A stretch of DNA of 37,574 nucleotides from a virus. Below are positions 23,688-31,589 of this stretch, piece after piece (the first letter of the stretch is position 1; the number at the start of each line of letters is the position of its first letter). The position numbers and the translations under genes are program-made. The notes under the pieces were generated by a model. It worked only from the letters and a program-made list of their open reading frames with translations, searched no databases and was not told the DNA's origin. The stretch lies in the IMG/VR virus record IMGVR_UViG_3300045988_043612, positions 1-37,574 of that record. One strand, 5' to 3'.

Positions 23688-24837
23688 TTCCTGTTGTATT
23701 TAAAGTGGCTTCCGAACCGGATTCCTCCAATTCGTTGTAAATCTCGCATAATTCCGTCGGAACGTCCAGTGCGCGGGCTATTTCGCGGCTTAACTTGCTA
23801 CGTAACTTCGCCACGGAACGGCGGTAAACCTTCTGCATCTCCTTAACAACTTCACCCGAAGCATTCGAAAACGAGATAAGGGAAGAATCCACCAAAGGGA
23901 TAGGTATATTGTACGCCTGTGAGGCGATGTCCTTCTTCAAAGGTTCGTTGTAAGCCTTATACAGATTAGCGTCTATCGGCGTACCTAACTGGTCTACCTT
24001 GATAAACGGGCGTGACTGAGGCAACATAGTGCTATCATCGCGTACAAGCAATGCCGACCCTGCACCCTGCGCACCCATTATCTCCTTAAGACCTTTGACG
24101 AAGTTGTCCTGATCTTCCTGTTCCGCGAAATCTCCGTGGGAAATGATGGAACACATATGGAATCCTCGTGTCAGCGTGCGTTCCACGTAGGTGGAATTCA
24201 TCGCTTCGGCTTGCATCTCGGACTGGACCGCGTGGAACGGAGAAAGCGGATATGGCTTCGTGGTGAAGAAATTCATGTAAAGGATTTGTCCAGGATGGTT
24301 TTCGATACCTCCGTACTCGATTACTTCGTTTGCAAAGTTATCCGGATTAAAAGCGGGATACGTTACCGCCGTCTTATCGAGCACTGTTGACTTGATATTC
24401 TGTCTGTCCCAGTTGTTGAACACCACATATTTGTGGATAACCGGATTAGTCAGGTAATCTTTATTAAGTCCGGCACGAACGTATTCGAAAGGAACCGGGT
24501 ATATCATTTTAGGACGATAATCACCGCCATACTGAACGATTACGGCGCATCCTCTGAAACGTGCAATGTCATATGCAAGCATGTTCAGAATGTCGTCCAT
24601 ATTGTCGCCGTGTGCGTTCTTTATCTCGCCAAAGGTGCGGTCTTTGAATCCTTCGCACTCTATCGCCTCGCTCAGACGTTCCACGCTAAGCGATGCCGTT
24701 TTACTCGCGTAGATAAGCTCCGATATAATTTGGGGATACAGGTTGCCATCCCCATATCCCACAATTTTCTCGGAAACCTTAGCGTTAACTTTGAGCGCTC
24801 TATCTACTATTACATTTACTTTCTTGTGAGCTATCAT
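23680..24837 (-). CDS. Portal protein (385 aa)
   Basis: The size and pattern resemble HK97-family portals, including the ...IMGAQGAGSALLV... segment analogous to the conserved G-x-x-N-A-G-K loop. The context is the head module. Confidence 0.75.
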   Translation of the reverse strand: MIAHKKVNVIVDRALKVNAKVSEKIVGYGDGNLYPQIISELIYASKTASLSVERLSEAIECEGFKDRTFGEIKNAHGDNMDDILNMLAYDIARFRGCAVIVQYGGDYRPKMIYPVPFEYVRAGLNKDYLTNPVIHKYVVFNNWDRQNIKSTVLDKTAVTYPAFNPDNFANEVIEYGGIENHPGQILYMNFFTTKPYPLSPFHAVQSEMQAEAMNSTYVERTLTRGFHMCSIISHGDFAEQEDQDNFVKGLKEIMGAQGAGSALLVRDDSTMLPQSRPFIKVDQLGTPIDANLYKAYNEPLKKDIASQAYNIPIPLVDSSLISFSNASGEVVKEMQKVYRRSVAKLRSKLSREIARALDVPTELCEIYNELEESGSEATLNTTGNE

Positions 24838-24857
24838 CTTAACGTTTCTTTAAAAGT

Positions 24858-25349
24858 TTATCCTAATTCTGCTAATTCCTCGTCTACCGACTTTTCCGGA
24901 TTTTCAACTGGTGCTTCCGGTTCCGGATTTTCAACGGGTGCCTCCGGTTCCGGTTCCGGTTCCGGTTCAGGTTCCGGCGATTCCGGTATCGTGGTAGGTT
25001 CATCCTCTACGCCGATAGGTCCGAGATCATCGAAGTAAGGAATGTAATCGGGATTCTCGCGCATGATTCGTTCCGCAACTTCATCGGTGCAGTTGAATGC
25101 ACGATAAACTACGCCGTCCGCCACGTGATTGATTGACATTCCCGGCTTCATCACGTAACGAACGTGAACGCCTGTAAGGTAGTGGCTTTCGTACCATTTC
25201 TTCGCGAATGCGCGGTCCATGTGGCACGTAGGATCTAATTTCAGATGGGTGATACTCTTGCAGAGATTCAAGATCTCCACTTCGTCTGTGAGCATTACAA
25301 GCTGTCTGCCCACCGGTTCTGCTATTTTAGCTGCTTTCTGTCTAGCCAT
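24858..25349 (-). CDS. Hypothetical protein (163 aa) with a C-terminal (EP)n / EAPVENPEP repeat tail
   Basis: C-terminus PESPEPEPEPEPEPEAPVENPEPEAPVENPEKS, encoded by the tandem DNA repeats at 24896-24979. Confidence 0.75.
   Translation of the reverse strand: MARQKAAKIAEPVGRQLVMLTDEVEILNLCKSITHLKLDPTCHMDRAFAKKWYESHYLTGVHVRYVMKPGMSINHVADGVVYRAFNCTDEVAERIMRENPDYIPYFDDLGPIGVEDEPTTIPESPEPEPEPEPEPEAPVENPEPEAPVENPEKSVDEELAELG
24896..24979. repeat. Tandem repeats: 27-bp unit x2 (24896-24922, 24923-24949), then CCGGTT hexamer x4 perfect plus 2 imperfect (24944-24979)
   Basis: Read directly from the sequence. Confidence 0.9.
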
Positions 25350-25354
25350 GATTG

Positions 25355-25885
25355 TTATACTGTTTTAAAAGCGTTATACTGTGCCGCGGTGATAGCGTAG
25401 CGGAAATCGCCACATGATCCGTCCGGCGTTTTTAAAGTCGCGGTCGAAACACCGTCCGTCGCACTGTCAGTCGCGAAATCGGATACCTCCAAAGGAGCAC
25501 CGCACCCCAAGATAAAGTACTGATTGTTTTTCGTTTTCACCGCTACGAGGAACGAACCGGACAGCAGCCCGATGATGTACGTAACGACAGGCAAAGACGA
25601 AAGTAACTTCATTACTACCGATATCTCCATCATCGTAGGCGCGTTATCGTTGGCGCGAGCCGCCTCTGTAACTTGGATGGAGTTTTTCACCGCCTGAACG
25701 GTGTAGCCTCTAGTTCCTGCCTTCTTTGTTACGACAGCATTACCAGTAGTAGGAGAAGCCGAGATACTGGAAATATCTTCGTAGTTCAAAATTACGGCTT
25801 CTTCAATTCCGGTGATGCCGGAGATTAAGCCCGGATTCGCGCAATCGAACGCTAAATCCTGTGAGATTCTTTTCAAACAAGCCAT
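25355..25885 (-). CDS. Structural-module paralog 3 (176 aa)
   Basis: MACLKRISQDLAFDC...ILNYEDIS...NAP...FLVAVK...TATLKTPDGS aligns with the two upstream genes. Confidence 0.75.
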   Translation of the reverse strand: MACLKRISQDLAFDCANPGLISGITGIEEAVILNYEDISSISASPTTGNAVVTKKAGTRGYTVQAVKNSIQVTEAARANDNAPTMMEISVVMKLLSSLPVVTYIIGLLSGSFLVAVKTKNNQYFILGCGAPLEVSDFATDSATDGVSTATLKTPDGSCGDFRYAITAAQYNAFKTV

Positions 25886-25889
25886 TTCG

Positions 25890-26414
25890 TTATGATACTT
25901 TAGCCAAAAGCGCCGTCCATGTAGCTTCTGTCACGCTCGCACGTGCTTCGCCTAGAACCGCTTCCGGTGTAGTTAATGTAATAGCGGTGTACCCGCCATT
26001 TTCGTTTGCGGACTCCTCCAAACCGGAGATTTCCAAACCATAGTTACATCCATAGATTCGATAAACGCCTGTTTCCACCATCTTAGCAACCGCCACGAGG
26101 CGGGAATTAAGAATTGTGTTGATGAACACGTTTTCGGCGGTAGTCTTTTTGTAAACGGTGAAGTTTACTGACTGCGCCAAAGCGTTCGGAGCATTTTCGT
26201 TGATTCTCGGTTCCTCTGTAGCGTTCGCACCCTTACGGATAGAAGCGACTCGGATAGTCTTCCCTGTGCTCGTTAGGGCAACCGTAGCCACACCCGCCGC
26301 AATGGAGATAGATTGAATGTCTGAGTAGTTGATAAGCAACAAATCAGCTATTCCAACCGCACCGCCTAAGCAGTCATAGGTGATAGCACCTGTTATATTA
26401 CTGATACATCCCAT
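25890..26414 (-). CDS. Structural-module paralog 2 (174 aa)
   Basis: MGCISNITGAITYDC...LLINYSDIQ...NAP...LVAVAK...TAITLTTPEA. Confidence 0.75.
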   Translation of the reverse strand: MGCISNITGAITYDCLGGAVGIADLLLINYSDIQSISIAAGVATVALTSTGKTIRVASIRKGANATEEPRINENAPNALAQSVNFTVYKKTTAENVFINTILNSRLVAVAKMVETGVYRIYGCNYGLEISGLEESANENGGYTAITLTTPEAVLGEARASVTEATWTALLAKVS

Positions 26415-26418
26415 GTTG

Positions 26419-26949
26419 TTAAGTTAATTTGTTAGCTTCCAAATATGTCCATACTGCGGGTAGAGCAACCATGTTGCGGTCTCCGCGTGAGTTATCCGGC
26501 GTTTTCAAGGTTACGGTTACGAATCCACCTGCTGCGGATGTGTCACCGTCCATGCTTGCCGCTTCTAATCCTGCATAAAGTCCTGAGACCTTAATGCTGC
26601 CACCGTCTTTGAGTTTTGCAAAGGCTACGAAATTTCCCGATAATAAGGCTTCTTGAATCGCCATACCGTCAGAGGACTTATCGTAGACCGTTAACGTTAC
26701 TGTCTGTTCCATTCCCGCCGCGCCGTCTAGGGTGCGCATTGCATCCGCTATTTTCGCGCCATTCTTGTAACAGTCAACCGGAATAGCCTTCGCGCCGGGT
26801 AATAGCTTAATAGCGTTAAGAGTAACACCGTCCGCCGCAACCGTCTGAGAAGCCAAATCCGCCTTGTTAACAAGGTACAGCCCTGCCAAACCGACAGAGC
26901 CGCCCGTGCACCCAAACGAGATAGCCTTATTTAATTTAATACACGCCAT
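26419..26949 (-). CDS. Structural-module paralog 1 (176 aa); possible major tail/tube or capsid-accessory protein
   Basis: MACIKLNKAISFGC...LYLVNKADL...FVAFAK...VTVTLKTPDNS. Lies directly after the capsid gene. Confidence 0.75.
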   Translation of the reverse strand: MACIKLNKAISFGCTGGSVGLAGLYLVNKADLASQTVAADGVTLNAIKLLPGAKAIPVDCYKNGAKIADAMRTLDGAAGMEQTVTLTVYDKSSDGMAIQEALLSGNFVAFAKLKDGGSIKVSGLYAGLEAASMDGDTSAAGGFVTVTLKTPDNSRGDRNMVALPAVWTYLEANKLT

Positions 26950-26967
26950 AGTTTAGGGTATTTATTG

Positions 26968-27918
26968 TTATTTCGCTGTTGTAGCGAGTTTAAGAATTTT
27001 TGGAATAGCTACCATCGCGTCGGCAGCGAACACTGTAGTACTGTAATACTTGCGGTCCTTAGCATCTTGGATGAACGGCTTAATGTTCACGCTTGAATCC
27101 TCCAAAGCGATTTGGATGTTTGTCTTCGGAGTAAACGCGATAAACGCTTTCTGATCTGTTTCATCCGCAATCATGGAAGCCGATACGTGAGGAAGTTCGT
27201 TGATCTTGTAGCCTTCCAGTGTGTAAACTGGTTTACCTTCTTCGAAGTGCTGCTGAGCAGTTGTATTGTCCTTCTTCTGAACCAAGTTCTTAAACAAACG
27301 CATAACGTTTGAAGTCACAAAGAATTCAGAATTTTCCTTTTGGTCCGGACGTTGGTTGTCGATAAGCTTCTTCATCGTAGCCTCTACACCCGTTGTTGCG
27401 TCGTCGTCCAAAGTCAAAGTAAGGATAGTCTCAGAACTTGATACCATCTGTTTCAAGAAACCACCGTTCTTAAAGATGCTGTACGCAGTGTCCCCTGTCT
27501 TTGTTCCATCCAACCAAGCCAAGCGCAGCAAGTCAGCTTCCAATACTTTCAGTACTTCCGCAGCCATGAAGCCCGCTAACTGAGTAGAATCGAAATCGTC
27601 TGACAGGTGGATACCTTTTGCCACCATCTTACCCCACAAGTCCTGCAAACAAACCACGATAGGTAGTTCGATAGGTTGGAAGTCGTAGTACTTAACGTTA
27701 TCCACCAAGCGGTTATACTCGTATGTTCCAGCACACCCTGCGGATTTACGAAGTGCCTTGTCAGCAGCCGTGAAAGTGACGATAGGCGTTTTATTGTCCA
27801 GTCCTGCAAGAACTGTCGCGCCGCGTTCCATCTCGCCCACTAAACCGACGGTCAAAGAGATAACGTCAGATAGTGAGTTAATATTCAAATTGTTTAAGTC
27901 TGTAAAAGTCATTGCCAT
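26968..27918 (-). CDS. Major capsid protein (316 aa, HK97-fold inferred)
   Basis: Lies directly after the protease/scaffold gene, with a typical size. It is the only gene with a strong SD (AGGAGG 9 nt upstream of the ATG). No direct family match is possible by eye. Confidence 0.75.
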   Translation of the reverse strand: MAMTFTDLNNLNINSLSDVISLTVGLVGEMERGATVLAGLDNKTPIVTFTAADKALRKSAGCAGTYEYNRLVDNVKYYDFQPIELPIVVCLQDLWGKMVAKGIHLSDDFDSTQLAGFMAAEVLKVLEADLLRLAWLDGTKTGDTAYSIFKNGGFLKQMVSSSETILTLTLDDDATTGVEATMKKLIDNQRPDQKENSEFFVTSNVMRLFKNLVQKKDNTTAQQHFEEGKPVYTLEGYKINELPHVSASMIADETDQKAFIAFTPKTNIQIALEDSSVNIKPFIQDAKDRKYYSTTVFAADAMVAIPKILKLATTAK

Positions 27919-27947
27919 AATTTTAGCCTCCTATAATTTAAAAGTGA

Positions 27948-28976
27948 TTACTTCTGTTTAGCGAATTTGATCATCGCTTCTTTGGCTCTAGCTCTCGCCT
28001 CGTCATTCGATAGCTGAGTTTTCTCCGCCGCGCTTGTCTTGTCCCCCACGGTGCGGCTAGCTACACTAGGTGTTTTGGTCTGCTTGGAAAGCATAGTTTT
28101 GATCTCTCCCAAAGACGTTTCCAACGCGGTAAGACGTTTCGAAAATTCGTCCGGCGTTTTCGTGCCCTTCTTCTTGTCTTCGTCTTCTTTGGCCTCATCG
28201 TCCGCCATTTCTTCTACGTCCTCCTTGGCTTCCTCCTCAGCCTCTTTAAAGGATTCGATCATACCGTCTTTTACCACGAGTATGAGTTGCCCTTCCTCTG
28301 TGGTTACCGTGATCTCCCCATCCTCTACGGGCGTACCGTCCGCTTTAACAACAGCGTCACCGATGGCGACTTCCTCGCCCGCGGATTTAATCGTAATCTT
28401 TTCACCGTTAACGGCGTCTACGATTGTCTCGGCTAATTTCGTCTTAGCCGAAAACATACTGAAAATACTTGAAAACATTCCCATCTTGTTACTTGATTTT
28501 TGGTTATTGAATAGTGAACTTGTGGCTGCGGGTAACCCCACTAAGTCACAAGTATAAAGTTCTAAAAATTCGATTACGTCCCACGTTTGGTTTTCCTCAT
28601 TCCAAACCTTCATATCGTCATCAACGACAGACACGCCTAGCATCTCCGGTTCCTTCTCAATCATGGCACGCATGAACTTCACCTCATTCGGGTAGGCTTC
28701 CGCCGTTGCCTCGGAAAAATCGAAATCAGCGTACACGATGTTATCTTCTACCACGAAATTAGAGAACTTGCCGATATATGCATCCAACAGGTCGTTCCCG
28801 TTGTGAGTTTTGCGGGAGTGGATGGGACGAAGGTTACCGCATGCCGCCAAGGATGCAAGTGATTCGGGGGTAATTACAATAGTTCCCATTACGGGTTCCT
28901 CGTCCGGTCCCATGTCCTCCCACTTATTAGCGGTCGGACCCGCCTCTATGATTCGTACTTTGTTAAAATCAGCCAT
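27948..28976 (-). CDS. Putative prohead protease fused to an acidic scaffold-like C-terminal domain (342 aa)
   Basis: The N-terminal roughly 170 aa contains ...RPIHSRKTHNG...IGKFSNFVVEDNIVYADFDF, which resembles the HK97-type protease layout. The C-terminal half is Glu/Lys-rich and coiled (EEEAKEDVEEMADDEAKEDEDKKK). Confidence 0.55.
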   Translation of the reverse strand: MADFNKVRIIEAGPTANKWEDMGPDEEPVMGTIVITPESLASLAACGNLRPIHSRKTHNGNDLLDAYIGKFSNFVVEDNIVYADFDFSEATAEAYPNEVKFMRAMIEKEPEMLGVSVVDDDMKVWNEENQTWDVIEFLELYTCDLVGLPAATSSLFNNQKSSNKMGMFSSIFSMFSAKTKLAETIVDAVNGEKITIKSAGEEVAIGDAVVKADGTPVEDGEITVTTEEGQLILVVKDGMIESFKEAEEEAKEDVEEMADDEAKEDEDKKKGTKTPDEFSKRLTALETSLGEIKTMLSKQTKTPSVASRTVGDKTSAAEKTQLSNDEARARAKEAMIKFAKQK

Positions 28977-28995
28977 ATGATATCATTAATTTGTG

Positions 28996-29003
28996 CAAAT
29001 ATA
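28996..29003 (-). promoter_or_regulatory. Fourth TATATTTG -7 box, upstream of the head-gene block
   Basis: The minus strand reads cTTGggtagacgttgatttaactagTATATTTGcacaaattaatgatatcATATG. A TTG lies 21 nt upstream. ACGTTGATTTAAC resembles the TTAAC boxes of the cassette. Confidence 0.55.
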
Positions 29004-29041
29004 CTAGTTAAATCAACGTCTACCCAAGACTGCCGCACTAA

Positions 29042-31588
29042 TTAAAGTGCGGATTCCCGGATAAACACCATATTCTGAGATACCTCGTTAATTTCCTGTA
29101 CGGAAACAACCGGATTTGGAGCATTTTCCATCCCTTCCACGAACGCTGCGGCGATGGCATTTATCGTTTTATCGGATAAATCCACCTTGTTTTGCGACAT
29201 TTGGCGGTTGATAGTAGTAAATGAGCTAGTACTGAGCACATCAAAACCTCCTCCCTGCGCATATTTGTATGCATTCGAACGTCCGAATGACCTTCCCCCA
29301 TACTGCTGATTCAACGCAGACAGCGCGTTAATAGCCCGTGAAGCCGATTTGTTGAGTATATACATATTCTCGCCACCTTCCGCCTCGAACTGTTGCCCGT
29401 TGGACCCGGTAAATGTCACGCCGCCCTGCGAATGCGGTGCGCCCATCACCGTACCACCCTTAGCGAATTTACGAACGTTCGTGCTAGTCTTTGGAACGTC
29501 ATCTTTTACCTTCATAATAGATGCCACCTGTTTCAGACCCGCGGCGATTACGATCGCAGCCTGCGCAACACCCCAAATACCACCCTGTGCGATAGCCTTC
29601 GAAGCACCGAGGTACGTGTTGATCGTAGCCTGCGCAACTGCGAATATCTTTCCGGCTTCTGATTCCTGTCCCAGCAGGTTTGACATTTGCCCGGCGGTAT
29701 CCGCTGCCATACCCAGTTCAGCGTTGTAACGGGCTGCGGTGTTCTTCCGCTTCAATTCGTTATACTTCTGATCGATCAGTGTTGTATCCGCGCCGATCTT
29801 CTGAGCGTTCGCTATTTCCTGCGCGTATTGAGCGTCTAGTTGCATCTGCCGAAGTTCGTACTCATTGGTGATCTTTTGTTCCTGTATCGTACGGCGGTTC
29901 TCTGCGTCCATTGCTTCGGCTTCCTTCTTCTGCGCCGCCTTTTCCTGCTCGAGCGCGTATATCTTTTCTTGCAAGGACACTTGCATCTCGTACTTGGTAT
30001 TGTCAAATTCCCGCTGAGTTATCAGGCCTTCCTGTAAACGGAAACGTTCCTTCTCCAAGATGGCTTGGTTTATCTCGTTTTGGTCTTCGATCGCCTTCTG
30101 CTTGTCAATGATGCCGATGTTCCTCTCTCGGATTTGCAACTGCAATTCCGTGATACCCTGTTCGTAGCTTTTCAGTACTTCGGCTTGGATAGCCTTCGCC
30201 TTCGCTGCTGCCGCCTTCTCTGCGTCCTCCTTTGCCTTCTTAGCGTCTTCGGCTGCTTTCCTGTCGGCTGCTGCCCGCTTCTCCGCTGCGGCTTTATTCG
30301 CAGCATCTCGCTTGTCGTTCTCGGATTTTATGAATCCGGTAAACTGCCCTTCTAGCTCTTTTCTCTGAGAAGCGTATTGAGCGCGTTTTTCCTCCATAGC
30401 CGCCTCATGTTCTACCTGCTGTCTTCTTTGTTCATCCATCGTGTATGACAGGCCGTTTTCGAAAGCTATCTGTTTGTATTTCGCCTCTGCTAGTCCTACC
30501 TCTACCTCTTCCATCTCCTTAGAAATTCGTAGGGCATCCTGTAAAGCTGCCTTCCGTTCTTCCACACTTTTCGTTTGATCCGCCGCTAGGAGCTTCGCTT
30601 GTTCCAGCTCTTTCTTCTGCTTAGCTAATACTAAAATACTGTCCGTCTCGGCGTTATATAGGTCACGCTGCGCCTGTGCCACGCCCTTTATAGCTTCCCT
30701 TGCTTTCGCAAAACCATCCGGTAACAGACCTAGCATATCGAGGACTTTTACCTGCGCATCGTAAAGCCAGTTTATTCCCTTCACGAGTTGAGCAAGGAAC
30801 GCGGCTACCGCATCCGCTATCTGAGTAACCAAGAACTGAACCGGAGCAAACAATGTTTTCAGTCCCGTAGCCAATTCCTCGTTCTTTTCTTTTAGCTTTC
30901 CGAGATGTCCGATGATGAGCAAGATAACCGAAGCAATGGCGATAAACGGATTCGCCATCAACGCGGCGTTGAACGCCTTCACCGAAGTGATGCCACTCGA
31001 CATCCCCTTCACCATCATTCCTGTGGCACCTGTCAGACCTCCGAGGCTTCCGGTCGTTTTCTCGATGTCCTCGGCGTAGTTACCCACGTTACGTCGCGTA
31101 TCACCCACTCCTTTCTCCAGGTCTTTCAACTGGTCGGATAACGCTTTAGTTTGGGCTACCAATTCCTTTCCGGCAGTTCCGGTCGTTCGCTCGGCAACCG
31201 ACATTTTGTTTAGCTCGATGGTGTTCTTAGCAACCTTCGCGCGCAAAGTTTCCACCGTCTCGGCCTGACTATTCATTATAGTGGTCGTAGCCTTGATCGT
31301 TCCGTTAGTCGCCTTTAATGCGGCGTTCGTCCCGTCTAGGTCTTTCTGAAAGCCGGAGATCGTAGAGGCGGATTTAGCAAGGGCTTTCTCATATACCGTT
31401 TGGTCTATGAGATTGTCCTTGTAGTTCTGCCGTACCCCAGCAAGGGCGTTCTTCTCGGCGGCTATCTGTTTAGTGAGTTGTGCCTTCTTGTCGGATAGTT
31501 CTAGCGACTTCGCGATGAGCTTATCCAGTCCGTCCACGGCATCTGCCGTGTTGAAGGATAGGTCTAGTAATGTAACATTATCTGCCAT
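29042..31588 (-). CDS. Tape-measure-like protein (848 aa)
   Basis: Long coiled-coil regions, a central hydrophobic block ALMANPFIAIASVILLIIGHL, an Ala/Lys/Glu low-complexity segment, and a Gly-rich C-terminal motif GGTVMGAPHSQGGVTF...EAEGGE. Confidence 0.65.
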   Translation of the reverse strand: MADNVTLLDLSFNTADAVDGLDKLIAKSLELSDKKAQLTKQIAAEKNALAGVRQNYKDNLIDQTVYEKALAKSASTISGFQKDLDGTNAALKATNGTIKATTTIMNSQAETVETLRAKVAKNTIELNKMSVAERTTGTAGKELVAQTKALSDQLKDLEKGVGDTRRNVGNYAEDIEKTTGSLGGLTGATGMMVKGMSSGITSVKAFNAALMANPFIAIASVILLIIGHLGKLKEKNEELATGLKTLFAPVQFLVTQIADAVAAFLAQLVKGINWLYDAQVKVLDMLGLLPDGFAKAREAIKGVAQAQRDLYNAETDSILVLAKQKKELEQAKLLAADQTKSVEERKAALQDALRISKEMEEVEVGLAEAKYKQIAFENGLSYTMDEQRRQQVEHEAAMEEKRAQYASQRKELEGQFTGFIKSENDKRDAANKAAAEKRAAADRKAAEDAKKAKEDAEKAAAAKAKAIQAEVLKSYEQGITELQLQIRERNIGIIDKQKAIEDQNEINQAILEKERFRLQEGLITQREFDNTKYEMQVSLQEKIYALEQEKAAQKKEAEAMDAENRRTIQEQKITNEYELRQMQLDAQYAQEIANAQKIGADTTLIDQKYNELKRKNTAARYNAELGMAADTAGQMSNLLGQESEAGKIFAVAQATINTYLGASKAIAQGGIWGVAQAAIVIAAGLKQVASIMKVKDDVPKTSTNVRKFAKGGTVMGAPHSQGGVTFTGSNGQQFEAEGGENMYILNKSASRAINALSALNQQYGGRSFGRSNAYKYAQGGGFDVLSTSSFTTINRQMSQNKVDLSDKTINAIAAAFVEGMENAPNPVVSVQEINEVSQNMVFIRESAL

Positions 31589-31589
31589 A

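Noticed and set aside
24944-24979. Possible CRISPR-like or minisatellite array (CCGGTT repeats; also the GGATAGAT iterons)
   Set aside because: The units are 6-27 bp, contiguous and without spacers, and lie inside a coding frame. The iterons are 8-15 bp, irregularly spaced and in both orientations. There are no cas genes. This is not a CRISPR array.
710-28557. Numerous plus-strand ORFs in the track (e.g. 710-1054, 3428-4153, 7228-7800, 9494-9994, 15045-15485, 24433-25038, 28039-28557)
   Set aside because: Every one lies antisense to a longer minus-strand gene with recognisable motifs or tight operon context. Their products are low-complexity (Ser/Leu/Arg-rich), as expected for shadow frames. 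None has its own promoter-like signal.
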